This document shows positions 26,801 to 35,155 of a stretch of 64,000 nucleotides of DNA, in pieces. The translations under genes were made by a program, and so were the position numbers. This stretch comes from Anaeramoeba ignava BMAN (lineage: Eukaryota; Protista; Anaeramoebae): positions 62,001 to 126,000 of the forward strand of contig JAPDFW010000069.1 of the NCBI GenBank assembly GCA_028826165.1. Direction: 5' to 3'. How positions within the stretch are numbered: position 1 is the first letter of the stretch; every line of letters starts with the position of its first letter. The notes under the pieces were generated by a model. The model saw only the letters and a program-made list of their open reading frames with translations, was not told where the DNA came from and searched no databases.

Positions 26801-27979
26801 GCTCCCTTTCATCACATTTGTCACCATTGTGTTCATCAGCTTCGGAATCACTGCGAGAACAAACGACTCTTCAAAACGACTTGATGTGCCAGCAACAATC
26901 AGACTCAATGCGCGCTCCGCAAGATGCATTGCTTTATTCATGTTATTTTCGTTGATAATCAAAGGCATCCAATGAGTAAACGGTCCGCCGCTCGGAGATT
27001 CTCTCACTTTCATGTTCATAAAAGCGCGCAAAGAGAGATAATCAAAGAAGCAATTAATTGAGGAGATGTCATTTGAGCGCGGATTGCGGATGAAATTCAG
27101 TCCAACGCCAATCGCATCCTCTTCAAAAGTCTGTCGAGTAAAAAAACATCTCAATTGTTGTTTTTGAAGAATTTCTCGAGATTTTTGGGGAATATTAACA
27201 CCAGATGAAACTGGCGGCCAAGGTGTGCTTGGCGGGTTATGCTTGCAATTTGGATCAGGACATTTTGTGCGCAGAGATTGCTTTACAGCCCATTGAACAG
27301 ATCCGAGCCAGTTTTTCTTCTCCTCTTCATAACGACTTGAATCTGTCAAATTTTCAAGTGCCACGTCAACATTTGGTTCAAGTAAGAAAGTTTGGATATG
27401 AAGTAAAAGAGTGGAAATTGAGAAAGCAGGCGACCAACCTTCCGCAGAATTATCGATGGTGTTTTTGGAGTAATCGAGAGCAATGCTCATTGCTTGGGAA
27501 ATATTAACGGCCTGACCGAGCGCGCAGGGATGCTTGAGTCTGACAAGCGAAGTAATAAGTGGCGGTTTTTGGGGGTAATCATTAGTGAATGTAAGTGTGA
27601 AATGAAAGATCCCCCCTTCCCAAGGGGTATCTGGAGGACCCATTATATTTGCATGCCAAATAAACAGATTATCCCCAAGAGGTTGAGCGTTGATGTATGG
27701 AATCGGGTTCTCGTTGATTTCCTTAAGATCACGCATCAGCCGTTTTGATGCTGTTGTTTTTTTCTTCCCCATTGATCCTTTGGGCAATGTTGATGTTACT
27801 GTTGTTCGCTTTTGATACCGAAACCCTTTTCTTCGTCTTCTGGGTGGTGTTGCTGTTGGTGATATTACAATTCCTGGTAATGTTGGTATTGGTAATTGAT
27901 TGAATTGTGGTGAATAATTGAATGATTGTGGAAGTTTTGATTCAGGAACTCTACGTGGTTTTGCTCTTCTTCTTCTCAT
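23831..27979 (-). CDS. Multidomain protein: UBC/E2-fold domain (catalytic Cys absent), uncharacterised domain, RI-type LRRs, C-terminal RRM; single exon
   Basis: KRLMRDLKEI..WHANIMGPPDTPWEGGIFHF..YPQKPP..WSPAFSI; many LxxLxLxxNxI repeats; IYVTPL...YAFVTF. Confidence 0.85.
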   Translation of the reverse strand: MRRRRAKPRRVPESKLPQSFNYSPQFNQLPIPTLPGIVISPTATPPRRRRKGFRYQKRTTVTSTLPKGSMGKKKTTASKRLMRDLKEINENPIPYINAQPLGDNLFIWHANIMGPPDTPWEGGIFHFTLTFTNDYPQKPPLITSLVRLKHPCALGQAVNISQAMSIALDYSKNTIDNSAEGWSPAFSISTLLLHIQTFLLEPNVDVALENLTDSSRYEEEKKNWLGSVQWAVKQSLRTKCPDPNCKHNPPSTPWPPVSSGVNIPQKSREILQKQQLRCFFTRQTFEEDAIGVGLNFIRNPRSNDISSINCFFDYLSLRAFMNMKVRESPSGGPFTHWMPLIINENNMNKAMHLAERALSLIVAGTSSRFEESFVLAVIPKLMNTMVTNVMKGSIHGSIKDLQGYCAIHHLFLAFCSKYPGIVEEARNRIENFIKNPKKREKDATPSLGDFLSLLSITGTPWEQIRDFYLEESRDRQIYWIIRKFPWIQQLELIKNGTTTKFSKNDVIEKSFEASAIGNKFLLFHIHFLKDIAHSIKPKFSVENALVQYNKNNGFPTLENEEIFVQKIKLIKNISNYDQFFSALGIEKPKDVFEYISEGLNGSREKGYHGERASLTNQDNEAKQRMEDLFSLERFIDQDNESQQEALIEDELMFRELCDQRWGLKALPQDAPQDIKFPWRHAYVQNNLQDFISKLNDNPNFALLHRLLQLSNPIIRSFEFTTFQPTNLKTRYNFLTVLLTSLTQLSTLKIIKGESAMNAKIFKALIKGLRHNSESLRTLDMWDCGIDSSALRELFDETLSGNHLEMLLIGGNGSLGNLGVSRLAKVLCRHEQFPNLRHLDISRCNIGDEGCKDVSKVLLVKRNLEVFRVAHNNISGIGLAEIVECAAYNSNMQVLDLADQRGGRITTTENLSKAFCTLFDLTISLKTLRLNKSGVAFAITKPVMDSLAKNHTLKEIDLSFCRISDSHLSAIGEMLAYNSSIEKINLKSNSITGSGLETLCTRIEQARAQFPKKVKPSALRELILDKNRLNSGGIRKLYGKIIGSKLLNILPLVHLSLVSCGLGTEAATAIGDNLAKNTNLVFLDLSNNNIGRHGVKSLCRGLLSNITLTHLDLTCNSLGSTGAAAFASVLKSNTHLQILNLYGNFIDVSGIESLEKALAENKNLHTLDLGLNRIRDRGAKILSKVLAQNSSLLTLRLKLNLIKDSGASQLAQTIASPENKCNLKFLSLASNKITQLGLVNISTILTQVSQSREFNWDMSHHIEVTHTEVLERTIYVTPLLYGVNEDHVKKLFYSHRCGVIERVVLKTHKKRHKILGSVQYAFVTFANPESVDFAMDLVHAGKAKIFGKDVKILKAGKKGKSRLNLNESTTNHKMKIDLPIGFK

Positions 27980-28184
27980 TTTGTTTATTTTCTTTTAAAG
28001 AAAAATGAAAAATGAAAAATGAAAAATGATTTTGTTTTGTTTGAAAGAAAGACGTAATTAAAATATTTTTGGATTATTGAAAAATTAAAATTAAAATTAA
28101 AATTAAAATTAAAATTAAAATCAAAATTAAAATTAAAATTAAAATCAAAATTTAATTATTTTTTTCATTTTTTTCTTTTCAAAA
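27980..28184. promoter_or_regulatory. 205-bp bidirectional promoter region between the pseudo-E2/LRR gene and the RCC1-BTB array
   Basis: Divergent ATGs, each preceded by TCATTTT motifs on its own strand. Confidence 0.6.
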
Positions 28185-29966
28185 ATGAATGATTGTTTAT
28201 TTTTTGGTTGGAATAAATATCCAAAACTTATCAAAAATAAACCAAATAAAATAACAAAACCAATTCAATTTAAATTTGAAAATGAAAATGAAAATGAAAA
28301 TGAAAAACAAATTAAACAAATTTCAACAGGAAATTATTCAATAATTTTCCTTTTTAAAAATGGAAAAGCAATAGAATATTTAAATGAAGAAGATTCAAAA
28401 CAAAATCCTCAAAAAATCCAAATTGAAGAAAATATTCAAAAAGTAACTGTTGGTGATGAAAATGAAGCTATTTTAACAAAAGAAGGAAATGTATTTGCCA
28501 AAGGAGAATATATTAATGCAGAAGATATATATGAATTTATCAATATTTCATCATTAATTGAAGATACAAATGATAGAATAATTAAAGATATTATTTCTGG
28601 AAACAATTCAATTTACTTATTAACTTCAAATCAAAATGTTTATGGAATTGGTTCAAATGATTTTGGTCAACTTGGCTTTGATTCTAAAACACTTGAAAAA
28701 ACAGAAAAACCAATTTTAATGATGAAAAATGTTTCTAAAATATTTTCAGGAAATTTCTCATATTTTGTTTTTCTTTTAAATTCAAATCAAGAATTATTTG
28801 GATGCGGATATAATGAATATGGTCAACTTGGATTAGGAGAAGCAACAAAAGAAGAATCAATCAAAAAATTAACCAAAATACAAAATATTCCAAAAGGTAA
28901 AATAATTGATATTCAATGTGGATTTACTCATTCAATAATGTTGATTGAAAATGAAAATGAAAATCCAAAAAGAAAACTTTATTCATGCGGTTATGACAGA
29001 TATAATGGACTTGGAAAAAATGGAATTAAAAATACTTATGAATTTACTGAAATCAAATCACCTTTATTTGAAAATGATGATAATATTCTTGATTTTTCTG
29101 TTGGATCTTCTCATAATTTGGTTTTAATTTCCAAAGGGAAATTAATAGTATTTGGAAATAATAATTTTGGTCAATTAGGAAATATAGATACAAAGTTTAT
29201 CAAAAATCCGATTCAAATTAAACTTCCTAAATTAAGATTTAATGAAGATATTTCCAATTATCATATTTCTTGTGGTGTTTACAGATCATTTCTTTATTAT
29301 TCTCCTTCTTCTTTTTCCAATTTTGAAGAAGATTTGATAAAATTATTTAGAAGAAAAGAATTTTGTGATATTTCATTTAAAACAGAAAATGGAGAAATAA
29401 TTAAAGCTCATAAATTAATATTAAAATATAGATTAAATCAAAATCAAAATGAAATTGAAAAACTTAAAGAAATTATTTCAAAAAAATCAATTAAAGAATC
29501 AAATCAAATATTTGAAATGATTTATTCAAACAGAATAATAAATCCAAAATTATATTCTGAAATTAAAGAAATTATAAATTCAAATGAAAAAATTGAAGAA
29601 ACAATGAAAAGAATTTATTTAAATGAAAATGAAAATGAAAATGAAAATGAAAAAGATTTTATTATTGAAAGAAAAGAAAAACAATATAAATTTCCAAAAT
29701 TAATATTAATAATGAGAAGTGAATTATATCGAGGAATGTTTTTATCTGTTACAGAAGATAAATCTAATAAAGTTACAGATTATAGTGAATTAAGTAATAA
29801 ATCATTTCAAATATTTGAATATTGGATTTATTCAAATCAAATTAAAGATGAAATTCAAATTACACAAGAAATAATTGACGAAATAGAAAGAGGAATTGAT
29901 TATTTTCAATTAAATCAAACAAATCCAAATTTATTTGATTTATTAATTAACAAATTTAATAATTAA
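28185..29966 (+). CDS. RCC1-repeat beta-propeller plus tandem BTB/POZ-like protein, copy 1
   Basis: GxNxxGQLG and IxxGxxHS repeats; FCDISF..IKAHKLIL and KDFII..FPKLILIMRSELYRGMF BTB-like motifs; intronless. Confidence 0.9.
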   Translation: MNDCLFFGWNKYPKLIKNKPNKITKPIQFKFENENENENEKQIKQISTGNYSIIFLFKNGKAIEYLNEEDSKQNPQKIQIEENIQKVTVGDENEAILTKEGNVFAKGEYINAEDIYEFINISSLIEDTNDRIIKDIISGNNSIYLLTSNQNVYGIGSNDFGQLGFDSKTLEKTEKPILMMKNVSKIFSGNFSYFVFLLNSNQELFGCGYNEYGQLGLGEATKEESIKKLTKIQNIPKGKIIDIQCGFTHSIMLIENENENPKRKLYSCGYDRYNGLGKNGIKNTYEFTEIKSPLFENDDNILDFSVGSSHNLVLISKGKLIVFGNNNFGQLGNIDTKFIKNPIQIKLPKLRFNEDISNYHISCGVYRSFLYYSPSSFSNFEEDLIKLFRRKEFCDISFKTENGEIIKAHKLILKYRLNQNQNEIEKLKEIISKKSIKESNQIFEMIYSNRIINPKLYSEIKEIINSNEKIEETMKRIYLNENENENENEKDFIIERKEKQYKFPKLILIMRSELYRGMFLSVTEDKSNKVTDYSELSNKSFQIFEYWIYSNQIKDEIQITQEIIDEIERGIDYFQLNQTNPNLFDLLINKFNN

Positions 29967-30180
29967 AATTAAAATTAAAATTAAAATTAAAATCAAAATT
30001 AAAATCAAAATTAAAATTAAAATTAAAATTAAAATTAAAATTAAAATTAAAATTAAAATTAAAATTAAAATTAAATTTAAAATCAAAATTAAAATTAAAA
30101 TTAAAATTAAAATTAAAATTAAAATTAAAATTAAAATTAAAATTAAAATTAAAATTAAAATTAAAATTAAAATTAAAATC
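29967..30180 (+). repeat. (AAAATT)n intergenic microsatellite
   Basis: Near-perfect hexamer run between RCC1-BTB copies 1 and 2. Confidence 0.9.
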
Positions 30181-30207
30181 AATTTTTCATTTTTTTCTTT
30201 TCAAAAA

Positions 30208-31976
30208 ATGAATGAAATTATATTTTTGGTCACAATAAATATCCAAAACTTATCAAAAATGAACCAAATGAAATAACAAAACCTATTCAATTTAAATTTG
30301 AAAATGAAAATGAAAATGAAAATGAAAAACAAATTAAACAAATTTCATCAGGAAATTATTCAACAATTTTCCTTTTTAAAAATGGAAAAGCAATAGAATA
30401 TTTAGATGAAGAAGATTCAAAACAAAATCCTTATAAAATCCAAATTGAAGAAAATATTCAAAAAGTAACTGTTGGTTATGATAATAAAGCTATTTTAACA
30501 AAAGAAGGAAATGTATTTGCCAAAGGAGAAAATATTAATCCAAAAGAATTTATCAATATTTTATCATTAATTGAAGATAAAAATGATATAATAATTGAAG
30601 ATATTGTTTCTGGAGATAGTTCAGTTTACTTATTAACTTCAAATCAAAATGTTTATGGAATTGGTTCAAATCAATTAAGTCAACTTGGTTTTGATTCTAA
30701 AACACTTGAAAAAACAGAAAAACCAATTTTAATGATGAAAAATGTTTCTAAAATATTTTCAGGAAATTCTTCACTTCATGTTTTTCTTTTAAATTCAAAT
30801 CAAGAATTATTTGGATGCGGAAATAATAGATCTGGTCAACTTGGATTAGGAGAAGCAACAAAAGAAGAATCAATCCAAAAATTAACCAAAATCCAAAATA
30901 TTCCAAAAGGCAAAATAATTGATATTCAATGTGGATTTACTCATTCAATAATGTTGATTGAAAATGAAAATCAAAATCCAAAAAGAAAACTTTATTCATG
31001 TGGAAATGACAGATATAATGGACTTGGCAAAAATGGAATTAAAAATACTTATGAATTTACTGAAATCAAACCATCTTTATTTGAAAATGATGATAATATT
31101 CTTGATTTTTCTGTTGGAGTTAATCATACTTTGATTTTAACAACAAAAGGGAAATTAATAGGATTTGGAAGAAATAATTATGGTGAATTAGGAATTGGAT
31201 ATACAAAGTTTACCAAAAATCCAATTCAAATTGAACTTCCTAAATTAAGATTTAATGAAAATATTTCTAATTATCATATTTCTTGTGGAGAATGTAAAAC
31301 ATTTCTTTATTATTCTCTTTCTTTTTCCAATCTTGAAGAAGATTTGATAAAATTATTTAAAAGAAAAGAATTTTGTGATATTTCATTTAAAACCAAAAAT
31401 GGAGAAATAATCAAAGCTCATAAATTAATATTGAAATATAGATTAAATCAAAATCAAAATGAAATTGAAAAACTTCAAGAAATTATTTCAAAAAAATCAA
31501 TTAAAGAATCAAATCAAATATTTGAAATGATTTATTCAAACAGAATTATAAATCCAAAATTATATTCTGAAATTAAAGAAATTATAAATTCAAATGAAAA
31601 AATTGAAGAAACAATGAAAAGAATTTATTTAAATGAAAATGAAAATGAAAATGAAAAAGATTTTATAATTGAAAGAAAAGAAAAACAATATAAATTTCCT
31701 AAATTAATATTAATAATGAGAAGTGAATTATATCGAGGAATGTTTTTATCTGTTACAGAAGATAAATCTAATAAAGTTACAGATTATAGTGAATTAAGTA
31801 ATAAATCATTTCAAATATTTGAATATTGGATTTATTCAAATCAAATTAAAGATGAAATTCAAATTACACAAGAAATGATTGACGAAATAGAAAGAGGAAT
31901 TGATTATTTTCAATTAAATCAAACAAATCCAAATTTATTTGATTTATTAATTAACAAATTTAATAATCAAAATTAA
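30208..31976 (+). CDS. RCC1-BTB-BTB copy 2; one T missing at codon 6-7 (assembly error or pseudogene)
   Basis: ATG at 30208; T5 run at 30223-30227 versus T6 in copy 3. The frame from 30228 is open and continuous with ORF 30732-31976. Confidence 0.82.
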
Positions 31977-32094
31977 ATTTAAAATTAAAATTAAAATCAA
32001 ATTTAAAATTAAAATCAAAATCAAATTCAAAATCAAAATTAAAATTTAAAATTCAAAATTCATTTTTTTCTTTTCAAAAAAATTAAAAAATAAA

Positions 32095-33267
32095 ATGAAT
32101 TCAAAACAAGAAATTAATTTTGAAGATTTTGGAAATGATGAAATTGAAACAGTAGTTTTTGATTGTGGAACTGAAACAACAAAAATTGGATTTGCAGGAG
32201 ATGATGCACCAAGAGCAGTTTTCCCATCCATAGTAGGAAGAATGAGACATGTTGGTCTTATGGGAGTTGGGATGGGGATGAAGGATGCTTATGTTGGAGA
32301 TGAAGCAATGTCTAAAAGAGGAATTTTGAATTTAAAATATCCAATAGAAAAAGGAATAATAACAAATTGGGATGATATGGAAAAAATTTGGCATCATAGT
32401 TTTTATAATGAATTAAGAGTTGCTCCTGAAGAGCATCCTTTATTATTTGCAGATTTTTGTTTAAATACAAAGGAAAACCAAGAAAAAATTACTCAAATTA
32501 TGTTTGAAACATTTAATGTTCCAGCTTTATATTTGGAAAAAGCAGAAATTTTTTCTTTGCTTGATTCAGGAAAAACATCAGGATTGATTCTTCAATCAGG
32601 AAATGATTCAACTTATTGTGTTTCTATTTTTGAAGGAGAAATTTTAAATGATTCATTTACAAAAATGGATTTTGCAGGAAAATCAATTTCGGATTATTTA
32701 ACTAAATTATTGAACCAAAAAGATGGTTATTCTTTTACTACTTTTTCTGAAAAAGAAATTGTTCAAAATATTAAAGAAAAACTTGGTTATGTTGCTTTGG
32801 ATTTCGAAGAAGAAATGAAAAAAGAAGAAAAACTAATTCAGAAAGATTATGAACTTCCTGATGGACAAATTATTCAAATTGGAAAAGAAAGATTTTTATC
32901 AACAGAATGCTTATTTAAACCTTCTTTGATTGAAATGGAAGAGGATTCGATCGACAAAATTCTTTACAATTCAATTATAAAAACTGAAGATGAAATCCAA
33001 AAAGAAATTATTGATAATATCATTTTATCAGGTGGAACAACAATGTTTTCTGGAATCAAAGAAAGATTAGAAAAAGAAATCAATCAACTAATCAAACAAG
33101 AAAAGAAAATTCAAATTATTTCACCTCCTGAAAGAAAATACTCAGTTTGGATTGGAGGATCAATTTTTGCTTCACTTTCTGGTTTTTTTAATTTATGTAT
33201 TTCATATCAAGAATATGATGAAAATGGACCAACAATAATCCACAAAAAAAACAAGAAAAATTTTTGA
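32095..33267 (+). CDS. Divergent actin paralog, intronless
   Basis: [72 protein letters not shown]. Confidence 0.92.
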   Translation: MNSKQEINFEDFGNDEIETVVFDCGTETTKIGFAGDDAPRAVFPSIVGRMRHVGLMGVGMGMKDAYVGDEAMSKRGILNLKYPIEKGIITNWDDMEKIWHHSFYNELRVAPEEHPLLFADFCLNTKENQEKITQIMFETFNVPALYLEKAEIFSLLDSGKTSGLILQSGNDSTYCVSIFEGEILNDSFTKMDFAGKSISDYLTKLLNQKDGYSFTTFSEKEIVQNIKEKLGYVALDFEEEMKKEEKLIQKDYELPDGQIIQIGKERFLSTECLFKPSLIEMEEDSIDKILYNSIIKTEDEIQKEIIDNIILSGGTTMFSGIKERLEKEINQLIKQEKKIQIISPPERKYSVWIGGSIFASLSGFFNLCISYQEYDENGPTIIHKKNKKNF

Positions 33268-33338
33268 TTGAATTGTCTTGAGAAATTATTTTCTTTCATT
33301 TTTCATTTTTCATTTTTTCATTTTTTACTTTTCTAAAA

Positions 33339-35096
33339 ATGAATGAAATTATATTTTTTGGTGAAAATAAATATCCAAAACTTATCAAAAATGAACCAAA
33401 TAAAATAACAAAACCAATTCAATTTAAATTTGAAAATGAAAATGAAAATGAAAATGAAAATGAAAAACAAATTAAACAAATTTCTTCTTCAAATGATTCA
33501 ACAATTTTCCTTTTAAAGAATGGAAAAGCAATAAGATATTCAAATCAAAATCCTTCAAAAATCCAAATTGAAAATATTCAAAAAGTAACTGTTGGTGATC
33601 AAAACGAAGCTATTTTAACAATAGAAGGAAATGTATTTGCCAAAGGAGAATATATTAATCCAGAAAACCCAAAAGAATTTATCAATATTTCATCATTAAT
33701 TGAAGATACAAATGATAGAGTAATTAAAGATATTGTTTCTGGAAGAGATTCAATTTACTTACTAACTTCAAATCAAAATGCTTATGGAATTGGTTCAAAT
33801 AATTGGGGTCAACTTGGAGTTGATTCTAAAACACTTGAAAAAACAGAAAAACCAATTTTAATAATGAAAAATGTTTCTAAAATATTTTCAGGAATTTCTT
33901 CACTTCATGTTTTTCTTTTAAATTCAAATCAAGAATTATTTGGATCTGGAAATAATGTACATGGTCAAATTGGATTAGGAGAATCAATAAGAAGAAAACA
34001 AATCAAAATCCAAAAGCCGACTAAAATCCAAAATATTCCAAAAGGCAAAATAATTGATATTCAATCTGGATATTCTCATTCAATAATGTTGATTGAAAAT
34101 GAAAATCAAAATCCAAAAAGAAAACTTTATTCATGTGGATTTTGGAAAGATAATGGATTTGGGAAAGATATGAGAAAATTTACTGAAATCAAATCATCTT
34201 TATTTGAAAATGATGATTATATTCTTGATTTTTCTGTTGGATCTTCTCATAATTTGATTTTAACATCTAAATCAAAATTAATTGGATTTGGAGATAATTA
34301 TAATGGTGAATTAGGAATTGAATATTCAAAGTTTATCAAAAATCCGATTCAAATTAAACTTCCTAAATTAAGATTTAATGAAGATATTTCTAATTATCAT
34401 ATTTCTTGTGGATTTCAAAAATCATTTCTTTATTATTCTCCTCCTTCTTTTTCCAATCTTGAAGAAGATTTGATAAAATTATTTAGAAGAAAAGAATTTT
34501 GTGATATTTCATTTAAAACCAAAAATGGAGAAATAATCAAAGCTCATAAATTAATATTAAAATATAGATTAAATCAAAATCAAAATCAAAATCAAATTGA
34601 AAAACTTCAAGAAATTATTTCAAATAAATCAATTAAAGAATCAAATCAAATATTTGAAATGATTTATTCAAACAGAATTATAAATCCAATATTATATTCT
34701 GAAATTAAAGAAATTATAAATTCCAATGAAAAAATTGAAGAAACAATGAAAAGAATTTATTTAAATGAAAATGAAAAAGATTTTATAATTGAAAGAAAAG
34801 AAAAAGAATATAAATTTCCAAAATTAATATTAATAATGAGAAGCGAATTATATCGAGGAATGTTTTTATCTGTAACAGAAGATAAATCTAATAAAGTTAC
34901 AGATTATAGTGAATTAAGTAATAAATCATTTCAAATATTTGAATATTGGATTTATTCAAATCAAATTAAAGAAGAAATTCAAATTACACAAGAAATTATT
35001 AATGAAACTAAAAAAGGAATTGATTATTTTCAATTAAATCAAACAAATCCAAATTTATTTGATTTATTAATTAACAAATTTAATAATCAAAATTAA
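33339..35096 (+). CDS. RCC1-BTB-BTB copy 3
   Basis: Collinear with copy 1; C-terminal half nearly identical. Confidence 0.9.
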   Translation: MNEIIFFGENKYPKLIKNEPNKITKPIQFKFENENENENENEKQIKQISSSNDSTIFLLKNGKAIRYSNQNPSKIQIENIQKVTVGDQNEAILTIEGNVFAKGEYINPENPKEFINISSLIEDTNDRVIKDIVSGRDSIYLLTSNQNAYGIGSNNWGQLGVDSKTLEKTEKPILIMKNVSKIFSGISSLHVFLLNSNQELFGSGNNVHGQIGLGESIRRKQIKIQKPTKIQNIPKGKIIDIQSGYSHSIMLIENENQNPKRKLYSCGFWKDNGFGKDMRKFTEIKSSLFENDDYILDFSVGSSHNLILTSKSKLIGFGDNYNGELGIEYSKFIKNPIQIKLPKLRFNEDISNYHISCGFQKSFLYYSPPSFSNLEEDLIKLFRRKEFCDISFKTKNGEIIKAHKLILKYRLNQNQNQNQIEKLQEIISNKSIKESNQIFEMIYSNRIINPILYSEIKEIINSNEKIEETMKRIYLNENEKDFIIERKEKEYKFPKLILIMRSELYRGMFLSVTEDKSNKVTDYSELSNKSFQIFEYWIYSNQIKEEIQITQEIINETKKGIDYFQLNQTNPNLFDLLINKFNNQN

Positions 35097-35155
35097 AATC
35101 AAAATTAAAATTAAAAATTCCAAAATTATTTTTTTCATTTTTTTTCTTTTAAAAA

